This document shows positions 11,731-23,699 of a DNA stretch of 64,000 bases, in pieces. The stretch lies in assembly GCF_001194135.2 (NCBI RefSeq), contig NC_068983.1:70482203-70546202 (forward strand), read 5' to 3'. This stretch comes from Octopus bimaculoides. Its lineage: Eukaryota. Made by a program: the position numbers and the translations under genes. Under the pieces are notes generated by a model. The model saw nothing but the letters and a program-made list of their open reading frames with translations, was not told the origin of the DNA and did not search any database. Position 1 is the stretch's first letter; every line of letters starts with the position of its first letter.

Positions 11731-11931
11731 CTATCTATTTGTATAAACGTCTATGCAGTTTGCATCAACGAAATTATATTCACAAGGAAGTAGCCAATAC
11801 AATCTATCGTGGAAGAAATTTCCTCCAGATGTCAAGCTGTGGTACTGAACTTAAAATCACGTGATTATAAACCGAACTTTTAAATATGTGTGTGTGTGCG
11901 CGCGCGCGAGCATGCGTGTTTGCGTGCGCAC

Positions 11932-12746
11932 GTATATGAGTGGGTGTAGGCGTTTGTATATTCGTATCTGTGTGTTGTGTTATAGACGGTTTCTTCCGGT
12001 ACAGTTATGGAAATTATGAAAGCTATGTTCAATAGCTCTCGCTCGCATTTATGTCACCATCAACGATAATGTTGTGACAACGGCGAAAATCAAAGTCTTT
12101 CTTACAGATCGTATTGATCGGCATGGATGCTAAAATTCTTGTTGCTGCATGTCTCTTTTTCCTTTTCACAACTACTGTCTGAAGATGATGATGTTTAGAA
12201 TCTAGCTATACTAGTTTTTTTGTTTTTATAATTTTATTTTTTTGTGATTTTTTATTGTAATGTTGGTAGTTAATTCTTTTTGGATTGAAATGTTTTTAGC
12301 CTTCCATATAGTTTATCCAATTAATACACAATTTAGTGAGGAAACAAGTAGCTACAAGAAATGCCACAAGTATTGTTCAACAGTAGAAAACAGGATATGT
12401 CTTATCACGATTCCTCTCATCCACCGTACGTACATTCAACGCCATTGATGTTGGGATCTGAAGAAAGTATTGATCTTCTGCCAGAGATAACGGCCATGAT
12501 GGACAAAAAAGTAGATAAAATAAAATAAAATGGAAAACGATAAAACTGATGTAATTCACAATAGTCTGACTTTGTGCCGAAGAAACTTATAGAATGGCTT
12601 CCAAACTTAAAAACAGAATATCTATCAAAGTCTACACAGATGAGCTTGGCAGCTGATGCCATGATGGTAATAGGTTTAATAAAACGTAGTAGTCTGTATG
12701 ATAAAGCAGCACCAAGCAAATAAAAATCAAATATTTCAACTGTCAT
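11932..12746 (-). pseudogene. Decayed intronless rhodopsin-class (class A) GPCR, end of TM2 to TM6/7; resembles molluscan CCK/gastrin-receptor-like orphan GPCRs
   Basis: TM3 RLLRFIKPITIMASAAKLICVDFDRY (DRY motif); hydrophobic TM4 FYFILSTFLSIMAVI; ECL2 Cys (VEC); after a frameshift TM5 YPVFYC*TILVAFLVATCFL then LIG*TIWK; TM6 RSVRKTLIFAVVT; possible LHPLIY (NPxxY-like) in the TM6 frame. Multiple stops and frameshifts. Confidence 0.65.
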
Positions 12747-12748
12747 TG

Positions 12749-12845
12749 AAGGCGCGTAGCCGAATGGTTAGAGTCTTATGTCTGCTTAATGGTTAAGTGT
12801 TCATAAGGCCGGGTTCAATTTCTGGGCAGAGTCGTGTATTATTAC
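12749..12845 (+). mobile_element. tRNA-derived SINE head, abutting the 5' end of the GPCR relic
   Basis: ggcgcgtagccgaatggttagag (A-box-like) ... gggttcaatttc (B-box-like); no cloverleaf. Confidence 0.5.
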
Positions 12846-13050
12846 AGGATGGTGTATTATTATGAATAAAAAAAGGACCAAAGATCCTTCCTGAGCTAAA
12901 ATCTTACAAGGCCGGTTTTCCAATTTCTGTGGCTGTGGCTGCAAAGGCATCAGGACGTCCGGTTGAAGGTACTGGCAACTTTGGTCGTCGTCCGGGGCGT
13001 TACGTGCTAGTAAGACTTCACTTTACGTGTTTGGGTCTTCCAAATACAAA

Positions 13051-14340
13051 TAGTGAATAACATAAACGTCAAATATTGTAAGAATCCTTAAGAATGTGAT
13101 ACAAACATGCAATTTGGCACACCTATAGTTTAAAACATGCTCTTTAAGATAGGTGTGATAGCCAACGTGAAAATTGAAAATGGCAGCCATCACAACCTCT
13201 CTCGTCAACGGTCACATACGCACTGCATTTGCCACACCAAACTACAGCTGATTTAGCATAATGAGGCATAAATGCGTTCAAACACAAAAGCACACGTATT
13301 CAACATTCGTAGAATAAGAACACCAATTTATTATTAAAAAGATCTATGTAAATTAAGTTATTACTTGAATGTTTATGAATTTAAAATTAGAAATAACATA
13401 AATAACCGTATTATTTCAGAGTCTTTCAAGGCTGTTTATTTTATTTTTATAACAATACCCTAGATATTGTAACATATTATCAGGTCTGATATATGTTTCA
13501 ATTTTGCTGATATGAACAAGGCAAGTGTACACATCGCCATCAGAACTGGCTCTAAAGAAAATGATCAAAAAGATTCCTGAGCTCCCAGAAAGCTTTTCTG
13601 GAGAAGCGCCCTATGCCTCCTTCGGGTGACATTCCCACCCTATCTGCAGCTCCGAATCTATGATGGATCCAGTTCGGAGCTTTCTGTAAATAAAGCCTGG
13701 AAAATCATGTTTGCAGAAAAGAACAGACACTATGATGCAATCCCACCCACGCGAAGAGCTCTTGTCCAGCATATCTGACGAGCTACATATCAGGCGGGGT
13801 ACATATGGGCCTACGCTCTCCAGACGAAACCTGCACCACTGCCATTACCTATCATCTGAGGGGAAAATAATGACGATGGCACATTCATTATTCACTGGAC
13901 TTAACTAAGAACCATAGTAGAACAATGCCAAGCACTTAAAAAGTGCCAATGTAAAACTGAGTGTGCAGAACGTTGCACATGCAAGAAGTCAGCCCTCCCT
14001 TGTACTTCCCTTTGTGTCTGCCCATACATTTGATTGATGATGAAACCCGTATAACCTGATTTAGTGAAGAAGATAGTAGAAAAATCCTTCAAAAGGTATA
14101 TATAAGGCTATTTGTGTAAAAAATTGCATAACGAATAACGTTTATTATAATAAAACTTATTTCCTGTGCATTGCGATTATTAATTCTTAATGTTGGACGC
14201 CACCTTGGATTTCGGCCGCTATTTTCTATTTTCACGTTGGCAATCATGCCTATCTTAAAGAGAATGTTTTAATCTATAGGTGTGCCGGACTGCATATTTA
14301 TATCACCTTTTCAAAGATTTTTCTACTATTTTCTTCAATA
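13051..14340 (+). mobile_element. Internally deleted DNA transposon with long TIRs; AcademX-like C-terminal remnant with a Cys8 finger
   Basis: ~13070-13195 is the inverted complement of ~14215-14335. Left terminus starts TAGTGAA; right terminus reads tattgaa on the minus strand; flanks aaa/aaa. Internal frame reads YDGSSSELSVNKAWKIMF...IPPTRRALVQHI*RATYQAGYIW...CQCKTECAERCTCKKSALPCTSLCVC (stop 14031-14033). Confidence 0.65.
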
Positions 14341-15059
14341 AAAAGGGAAAATGTGAAAATAATAATTATGAAATGAAATAAAATCAAAAAGGAAAATCTC
14401 TTGAGTGAATCAAGCTTTATTTAAGAATATCGCGAAGGTGAGAGTAGAAACGACCAACTATACGTTACTGTATTTCACAGATTAATATTAACTTCAGTAT
14501 TTCTACTAAGTTTCGGTTACAAAGAATGTTTAACAGCGAATATCATAATGAAAATTAACTTATTCACTTGTAACTAACACGATCATGATAATGGCTTATC
14601 CAATTGGAAGTTAAACAAAATTTTATACATAGCTCTCAGCTTTTTAATTTCTTGTCCAAGACGAAGGGAAGAGTGGTCAGGAAGAATAATTCGGAAAATA
14701 ATATTTCCGTTATGCCTAACAACTCTCCGACAACTAGCACATACTACTTTGATTGCAAATACTGCATACCCCAAATCCTTAAGCACATATAAATACACTT
14801 TTCTTCACTGATGTTTCTGAACAGTAACTTACATTCACGTAACACATACATACATACATATGTATATACGCATATACATATAGAGTCAACAGGTGAAATC
14901 CAGAGATATTCCATACAGGAAACTCAGTAGTGCTCAGATGATTTGAACTTACACTCCGAACTCTTTATCGAGGATAAAGTCCGCGGAGTAAAGAGTGGCT
15001 ATAAGAGAAATCCAGATGAGCTGATATGGAAGCGTGTTTATCTGGATCGCTATCTCGGC

Positions 15060-15085
15060 ACGCACGCACACACACACACACACAC

Positions 15086-15166
<81 letters not shown>
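15060..15166. repeat. (CA)n microsatellite
   Basis: Direct reading. Confidence 0.95.
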
Positions 15167-15169
<3 letters not shown>

Positions 15170-16589
15170 AAGTATTTTGTTTTATTAGCCTCTGGGTTGT
15201 TTAGGAAAAAAATCTATGCCCAATACATCCCTGAAGCAGGTGTTACTGAAAGAATAAGGGAGGTCTGTTTGCTGCAGCTTTCTAAGTTTTATAGAATAAT
15301 GAAAGTTACAAAATCTATAATAAAAAGTTTTTATTGCATTCACCCTGAAACCATTGACACAAAATTATTACCTATATTTTCAAGCAATTTTCTGACTAAA
15401 TCGAGTTTTAATTGAATATTTCTTTTTTGCTTTGTAATCTACAATCATCGTAATCACAAAGCCACGGATTCGATCCTACTGTGCGGTATCTTAAGCAAGT
15501 ATCTCTGATCATAACTTCGACTCGACCCAAGCCTTGTAACAGAGACTAAATAAACAGAAATGGTGAAAGCTGGAAGTCCGATGGGTGGTTGTACTTTAAT
15601 TCAAAATTCCAGCTTTGTCCAACTTTCTCATGCTGCGAAAGGACATAACATGTCCCCTTTATCTGAGAAATAAAAGTTACTCGGATCTGAAGAATGTTCA
15701 GCAATTCACGCGCTAATTCAGCGAGCAGGTAGTTCAGTCGATCGAACAACCGAAATCTTAATGTTACAACTATCAGAGGTTCGTTTACATCACACATTCT
15801 GCATTGTTGCATACAGCAAAACGTTTTATTTGATTTACTGCACTAATGTGTACAGCTAGCATTTGAAATATTAATTATTATTATTTCATTATTTCGTTTA
15901 TATTTTGAGGATCTTAATACAGTTGCCATATTGATTTAGATGAAATTTTATATTCTTTAGTATTGTGGTACAACATTTACAGCGAGACACGTAAGACAAG
16001 AGAATGCTAAGAAAGAAATAGAGAAGATTTGGAATCGTCGATAAGGCTGAGTCGATCTTTTGTGAGAAAGAACATATCTCAGTAAAATGAAATCCACAGC
16101 TCTTTGCATAGTCAACAAAGGACTGGTGCAAGACGATTACGAAATCTTATGTTTCGGATAAGGCGCTGTGTAGGGAAGGAGATGGACCGACTACAAAGAA
16201 AAAAAGCTCAGTTATTGATAAAGTTGTTTTAAAATGCTTAACGTATGTTACAAGCAAGTTATGGCCCATAACGTATGCACTTTAACCCATGGATTCATCA
16301 TCGAAAATTCTGAACTCACTAGCCTTGGACATGGAGAAAGAGAGATATAGAGTAATCAGGTCTTTTGGATACTTTAATTAGCGCAAATGGACTTCAGTTC
16401 TGATATATTTTGTTTAACTTGTGCACTTCGTAATCTTTTAATTATCCGATGTGATTGTAAGTTGTTTTTTTCTATTTTCAATAATTGCTCTACCAGATAC
16501 ACCTTTCATATTTTGTATGCATGAATGAGGTTGCATATAATTGACCTCAGTGGTTAATCAAAGAAAGGATTATAATAATAGTTATTATT

Positions 16590-16745
16590 TGGCAGAAACG
16601 TTTGAACGTCAGACAAAATGCCTTGTGGTAGTTGTTCTAACTATTTGATTTGGGTTCAAATCTGCCGTGGTCAACCTTGCCTTTTAACCTGCAGGGACGA
16701 TAAAAGAAGGTAGGAGCTAGGTACTGGGATTGATTCAATCGACAA
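16590..16745 (+). mobile_element. SINE family A, degraded
   Basis: tggcagaaacg...gggttcaaatctgccgtggtcaaccttgccttttaacctgcagggacgataaaa. Confidence 0.65.
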
Positions 16746-17598
16746 TTATTATTATAAGTTTTTTTTTTTCTAAATTTTCACTTGATTTTGTATTTAACTG
16801 TAAAACTACTTTTATCCTTCCATTGTCTATAAACAACTTGTTTGTCAAACAATACAGCTATTTGTAATATCACTATTTCATGTCTCTTTATTTTAATTGG
16901 TTGTATGTTTGGAGGTTCTGTGGCTTATTAAAAGGCCGAATTCTTTGAGCGTCGGGTAAAATGCAATGAGGTAGTATTTAGTTACAACTCTTTAGGTGGT
17001 TCTGAGTTCAAATCTCCAAATTTACTCAACATTTACCTAAATTAGAAATTGAGGTGTATTCTTAGAATTGTTAGCCAGACGATAGTAATGCCAAACCTCT
17101 CAACAAATTTCAGGTCTTATGCCTATGATCGGAGCAGTTTAAGGAAAGAATCGTTAAGGAGTCGAACAAAATGCTTTGCGGGATTTATTCCTTCTCTGTA
17201 TGTTATAATAGATATAATGCGCTTACGTTTTCTGTCTTTCTGTATGTATAAATATATATACAATCGTTAAATGAAGAAGCAGTGATATATATATATTTAT
17301 ANNNNNNNNNNATATATATATGTAAACAAACAAGATTTGCTTTTTTAGAAGCGTTGAAATGTATTGAAATATATAGATATGGAAATATTTTATTCTCAAA
17401 CGCAGAATAATAATACTGAATAACATAGAATATCCTTATATTGCAGAAAAAATTGTTAGCGGCCAGCCATGAAACTCGAACTCACATCTCTGTGATTACT
17501 GGTCATAGTGCTTTACCTTTAGCTAAACTACCCACTCACAACTTCTGCAATTTTTGAACTAATAAATATAGCTTAATAAAATATTTCCATATTTTTAT

Positions 17599-17796
17599 AA
17601 TTAAATAACTAAACTGGTAAGTATCTAAATCAAATCTTATATAAACAAAGAACTGAAAATTGTAGCACAATTGTCTAATTTGGGGTGCAATATATTGCCA
17701 TGGGACCAAATGAATCCCTGGAAATCTTGTTGTTTACTAATACAGGAATATTTAAGCTATTGGAATGTTCGTGATAATACATTGTCCGGTCAATAT
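17599..17796 (-). mobile_element. LINE 3'-end fragment (CR1/L2-like C-terminus), copy 1
   Basis: Near-identical to 19079-19279. Confidence 0.55.
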
Positions 17797-17851
17797 TTCC
17801 ATATTTTCATATATTTCAATACATCTCAACGCTTCTATATATAAATCCCCC

Positions 17852-18750
17852 AAAATGGAACAAGAACGCAACAGTCGACACTAAAACATCCGGACAGATA
17901 GACAATACAAAGACGGACATGAAAAATCAACAAAAGGACGGACAGGAAAAAACAAGGACGGATCATACGCACTTTTCTCTCGTCAGTCAAGTTTCCAAAT
18001 CATCCTTACAGTTTCGGCTTGAGACTGTTCAAATCTGGCCAGCCCCAAAAACCTAAGCTAAGAGCATTAAATATTTTTGGAGAAAGCCAGCGAATATGTA
18101 CGACAACAAATACAAAAACGACAAAAATGTAGAAAATGCTACACAGTTACAAATACAAACAAGAAAATAACAACAGGTGTCTTTCGACTGATAGTGACGA
18201 ATCAAATTGAGCTGGCATGTGTAAAGTGAAAGCCTTGAGGCAGGAACATAGATGAAAATAACAGATGAAAGTCATGAGACAGGAATATAAGAGATGCTTC
18301 ATCTTCGGCAATCAAGCCAAGAATCAAAGATCATGTCTGACCGAACACCGGTCATGTGAAAGGAAAGGGGAGAGGTAGGGGGAATAGGGATAGAAGAACT
18401 GGGGAGAACGAGAAAGAGAAAGAATCAAAGGGATATAGAGAAGATACAAGAGAGATAAACGAGGAAAAGTAGATATATTAAAGAAAGAGAAAGCCAAGAA
18501 ATGTGAGAGAGAGGATCGAAAAGAGAAAATAAAAATGAAAGCATGATGGTGACTAAAAGAAAGAGTAAAAGAGTCGTAACAGGCCGAAACTGTAAGGATG
18601 ATTTGGCAACTTGGCTGACGAGAGAAAACTGCAAATGACCCGTTCTTGTTTTTTTCCTGTCCGTCCTTTTGTTGTTTTTTCATGTCCGTCTTTGTATCAT
18701 CTATCTATCCGGATGTTTTATTGTCGTTTGTTGCGTTCTTGTTCCAGTTT
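17852..18750. mobile_element. Fold-back type element with ~168-bp inverted arms (family also partly present at ~27355-27545)
   Basis: 17852-18019 (aaaatggaacaagaacgcaac...cagtttcggc) is the inverted complement of 18582-18750; purine-rich spacer; no convincing ORF. Confidence 0.7.
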
Positions 18751-19078
18751 TTTTTTATCTATAAATAAATACAGCGGCGTACGTACACTTTTGCTCACCT
18801 TATAAGTAAGTATATATGTATATATATTGTGCGTGTGTATGCATTATAAAATATGGATAAGTTAAATTAAGGAAAATGGAAACAAGACTACTTTTGCATT
18901 TTAGCTTGTTTTAATCTTTACAGCTAAGCCCATTCTAGAGCATGATGTTTGATTTAACAACTTAATAATAATAATAAAAACCTACTAAGAATATGTTGCT
19001 TGTATATGCTTATACGTCGTCAGTTCGATTGGGAATAAACCTTTCCTAGTTGTATCATTTCATTAAAATAAGTCATAA

Positions 19079-19370
19079 AATTAAATAACTAAACTGGTAA
19101 GTATCTAAATCAAATCTTATATAAACAAAGAACTGAAAATTGTAGCATAATTGTCTAATTTGGGGTGCAATATAATATTGCCATAGGAACAAACGAATCC
19201 CTGGAAACCTTGTTGTTTACTAATACAGGAATATTTAAGCTATTGGAATGTTCGTGATAATACATTGTTCGGTCAATATAAACTTTGTGTTTCAGTTCAC
19301 GGTTGGTCTTGTGTACGGTTGAAATTATATTATTTCCTTTAGTTGATTTAACCCTTCGTGAATTCATGAA
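19079..19370 (-). mobile_element. LINE 3'-end fragment (CR1/L2-like C-terminus), copy 2
   Basis: ORF 19155-19367 ends HSNSLNIPVLVNNKVSRDSFVPMAI, resembling the LINE ORF2 C-terminal SF.P.AI..WN motif. Confidence 0.55.
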
Positions 19371-19614
19371 TGTTATATCTCTCAGTTCTTATTCCCTGAA
19401 CATAAAATATGTAATCAATTATTACAAGATGTTTCTTACGAATAGTGAAATGCAAAACATTTCCTTTCATGTATATCTTGAATAATACAATTGTTATCCA
19501 CTTGTGAGCTGGGCCGCGTTATGTGATATGCTTGTATGCTATCAATTCTCAAAAGAACAGTGGTGTTAAGTGATATCTAACAACAATGAATGTAACATAC
19601 CGATAAGACGAGAA

Positions 19615-20230
19615 CAGTTACCATCAGAAAACTCTAGAGAAAAGTTGCAAAACTTTATGGACATATTCTGGAATGCTTGCGATTTATTTGGTTTCACAAT
19701 CAGTCTTAAAAATTCAGTTATGGGAAAAAAGCACTCCAGATCTTCTTGCATAAAGATCAAATGAAGGAAACTAGACATGTGTATTATTTCCAGCATCTTG
19801 GTTTCACTACTACAGATGACTACAGACAAACTTCCCCGGGATCACAACTTATGTTGGCAATACGGATGCTACTATCCCGCGACTTACTCAAAAAGTATGC
19901 TAGAATAAACATCTCAGAACGTGTACAAGGCCGATATACGCTTCTGTATAGCAGCGACATATGGCAACATATTCTTCACAAGAACAAAATCTTCACGGGT
20001 TTTAAGCATATGTCTATGTATAATTTTTGTAATGAAATTTTTGTAATGAAATTTTTGTAATGAAATGGTAGTTGAGGATATGCAACCCTGGTGTACTTAA
20101 GAGAGCTAGATTTTATATTCCTGCTTACTTCTCTGCAGCAACGACGATTTGCATGGTTTAGGCATGGTAGCTTTCCAAAAGTCATGCTATATGGATAATT
20201 GACATCTGGGTCGCGAGACAGAAGCTACCA
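19615..20230 (+). mobile_element. RTE-clade LINE RT fragments
   Basis: KLQNFMDIFWNACDLFGFTISLKNSVMG; YFQHLG; VLKRA; LQQRRFAWFRH; FPKVMLYG*LTSGSR. Confidence 0.7.
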
Positions 20231-21649
20231 GAATGTGTTATTCAATGTGTGTATGTCATGAAAGCGATGAGCATGAATTCCATCACCAGGGAAGCAACAG
20301 TAGACAAGCGTCCTCTATGAAAAGAAAAAAAATAGCAATTGTCTTTGCAGGAATTAAGTTGCAGAGCAAAAGAGAACTTTCATAAGGTTTTGACGAATGA
20401 AGATAACAACAGGATTTATATTTTCTCATAGAAAATCCTCATACGGTATCTACGCATGTAGCATCAGACTTTATATCTCAGAACTGTAGCCAGGTATAAA
20501 TACAGAGGCTTGAACTTCACAATCATTTTAGAACTAGCTCTTCATCCTTATCTTCTACAGGTGCAATATAGAGTCTGCAAGAATAGTGGATACCGCATTT
20601 GCGGCTTCATCGAGAACTCGGGCTATAGATCCAAGATTCATTCCACAGTAAAACAAAGCATTTTAAAATGAGGTATGCTCTACATTTTCTTACAATAATG
20701 TGTTGATGTATGATGATGGCTAGTTTGGTGATGTGATGAAGTTAGCAAAGATAACAATGATGATGATAATGATGGTGAAGATAGTGATGGTGAAGTTATG
20801 GTGTAGGTAAAAGTAGTAATGGTGAAAGAAAAAAATGAAGAGAGAAGAAAAAAAAAACGAAAGAAAACACGTGTAGCATTTAACGGTTCAATATGATGAA
20901 AACAGGAATTCGAAGACCGAACAGACCTTTCACTAAGTACTCCGCCAAGTGCATGGCGAGCGACAATGACCATGGTTGAGAGTACGATGAACTTTCATGT
21001 CATTCTGATAAACTGGAGTTGATGTTTTCGACCATCATGAATTGTTCTGAATATTGTTCTGTTGCTTTCTTTCTCAGCACCCTTGTATAGATATATATGG
21101 ATGTACACATGCATATATATCTATTCGAATATATGATTATGTGTGCATTTTATACGCGTGTGAATGTTGATGTGATATCTATCACATAACCAATAAGATT
21201 ATGAAACACGTGTAAACGAATGGATTAAACGTCTATTTTCTCACCTCACTTCTCTTATCTGTTCAATCCATATATGTATATAGTCATTATGAGAATATAT
21301 GAACCTCTTACAGGGATAGCTTTATCTAAGATACACTGGTTTAATATATTATATTTCAAGATATAATTCATCAATAGATATATTATACAAATATCAAATA
21401 TTATTAAGAAAATGGAGAGATATAATGGATATAAATTAATTTTTAATTAACATTGCCTACAATCGTTTCAATTTACACTCAATACAAATTACAAAATATA
21501 CATATTAAAATAATTCTGCATTTAAAAAAAATTTGTGTGAAATATCTTCCAAGCAAAATGGATATTACAGTATGAATCGGTTGAAGTATTCCAACAGATC
21601 TGTTGGAGTACCTCAAACGATTCATTATGTTCATTATATCTCTCCATTT

Positions 21650-21651
21650 TC

Positions 21652-21718
<67 letters not shown>

Positions 21719-21738
21719 TATATATATATATATATATA

Positions 21739-21807
<69 letters not shown>

Positions 21808-21809
21808 GA
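21650..21809. repeat. Palindromic AT-only microsatellite: (TAA)~21-(TA)~12-(TTA)~22
   Basis: (TAA)n 21653-21716 and (TTA)n 21741-21806 are reverse complements; outer bases tctta/taaga also pair. Confidence 0.9.
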
Positions 21810-21937
21810 TGTGTGTATGTATATGTATATATATATATAGTTCAAAAACACAATAACAAAAAAACAAAAAAACAACAAAGTGAGGACGTGATATGGATAG
21901 TATTATTGGACGCTCAGGAAAGGAAAGAGAGAGTGTA

Positions 21938-21965
21938 TGACGTTTCGGGCGTAGCCCTTCGTCGG
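21938..21965 (-). ncRNA. Minimal type I hammerhead motif in a putative inverted pLTR upstream of the Penelope
   Basis: Minus strand: CCGACGA-A-GGGC-TAC-GCCC-GAAA-CG-TC-A. Stem II is perfect, stem III is the palindrome ACGT, and the core has C in place of U4. Confidence 0.55.
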
Positions 21966-22009
21966 AAAGATGGAAAGTTCGGAGAATGGAAGAACGGAGA
22001 AAGAGGAAA

Positions 22010-23699
22010 ATGGTACCGATGCCCACGAGGTTGTTGGAAAATAATATTTACTATGAAATGATTGTGCAATACAACCAACAGAAGACATTTAAAAGCTTAT
22101 TCTCTTTACTTCAAATACATGGAAAGGGCCTCACTAAACATGAAGTTGACTATTTATCCAATTTTAAATACAGACCTAGTCTATTCTACGGATTACCTAA
22201 AAAACACAAAAATACACATATTTGTAAAGCTTGCAAAGTTTCTCAAAGCCTATGCATTAATGATCCTCCCCCTACTGACCTTAAACTGAGAACCATCATT
22301 ACTGGCCTTCACCCATCATTCGATGTTGTGAATTTGTACACCAATATCCCACACCATAATGGTATAGAAGCAATCACCTTCTGGATAGAAAAATACCCAC
22401 AAGAGACCCCAGGACGCATCAACCATAATCGCAGTACTCAAATTCATCCTACTGAACAACTATTTCATGTTTGATACAGATTATTATCGACAAAAATGTG
22501 GAATTGCAATGGGAACCGAGCTGCTCCAGTGATTGCGAACCTTGTAATGGGTTACCTAGAGCTTAAAATATATGAATCATCTCTACAAAAATATGGTACC
22601 TCTTTTCACTGTTATTTAAAGGAGAACTGGAAGAGGTATCTGGACGATTGCTTTATACTTTGGAAAGACAGCATGGACAAACTCATCGGTTTCAAAATAA
22701 TGCTTAACAATATTAATAGCAACATACAATTCACCATGGGACACAGCAGTAAACAACTCACTTTTTCTTGACAACCTAATTAAAATAGTCAATAACCACA
22801 TCGAAATAGACATCTATAAACCCACAGATTCTAAACAATACTTATTATTCAACTCATATCACCCCAAACACATGAAAATTAATATACCTTATAATCTAGC
22901 GAAAAGAATCTGCACATAGTTTCGGACTCCTATACTCGTGAACGAAGTCTCCTTGAACTCAGATCAATACTAATCAAAAGACATTACCCAATATCTTTAA
23001 TAAATGATGGAATTAAGCGAGCTAAGGAAATAGACATACGAATATTAAGGGAAGCCAACTGATATACTAAACCAGATTTTAAAATACTCTCATACATCTC
23101 CACACATAGCCCCAGAAACAACGAAGCCTTTAACGTTATCACCCAAAATCTACCCATCCTCACAAGAGATAAAATAATGAACAAAGTTTTAGGCTCACAC
23201 AAAATTATCAAAACTAAAATGCAACTTAAATCATTGAAAAAAATATTAACCAGCGCAAGACTGTATCCATTAACAACAGAACCAAAAGTAAAAAAAAAAT
23301 GTGGTTGGCCTAACTATGGTACTTGCCCCCCACCTTTTGGAGGGTTCAGAGTTCCACTTTAAACAAGGTGAAATATTTAAGATTAAATCAAATTTTACCT
23401 GTGCCTTAGAAAATCTAATCTATGCCATTACATGCTTAGGGTGTGGTAATAATTATATTGGCCAAACAGGAATATCACACCGTAGAAGAACCACTTTCCA
23501 CAAAGAACAAATCCGCCACCCACAATACAGACAGATACAGGTCAGTGGACACATAGAAAGGTGTGCGAGGAATCTTAATCTTAATTTCCTAATTTTCCCC
23601 TTCTATCACTGTTTACAGAACACCTCAATACAAGAAAGAATGAATAAAGAGGCAACTTTCATCAATAAATATCTTCCACAACTAAATATGAACACATAA
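22010..23699 (+). mobile_element. 5'-truncated Penelope-like retroelement (RT + GIY-YIG), degenerate
   Basis: FYGLPK; DLKLRTII; SFDVVNLYTNIP; APVIANLVMGYLE; WKRYLDDCF; thumb YKPTDSKQYLLFNS; KCG...TCP; NLIYAITCLGCGNNYIGQTG...HKEQIRHPQY; stop at 23699. Confidence 0.93.

Noticed and set aside
12749-12830. tRNA-like sequence (also 41917-41995 and 61628-61690)
   Set aside because: A/B boxes are present but no acceptor-stem pairing or anticodon arm; each continues into SINE body sequence.
14583-14798. Hydrophobic minus-strand readings that might be the missing GPCR helices
   Set aside because: No GN (TM1), LAxxD (TM2) or NPxxY motif; stops interrupt the frames.
15546-15812. 88-aa ORF that reads protein-like
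   Set aside because: No recognisable motif, no clear splice context, and length within chance expectation.
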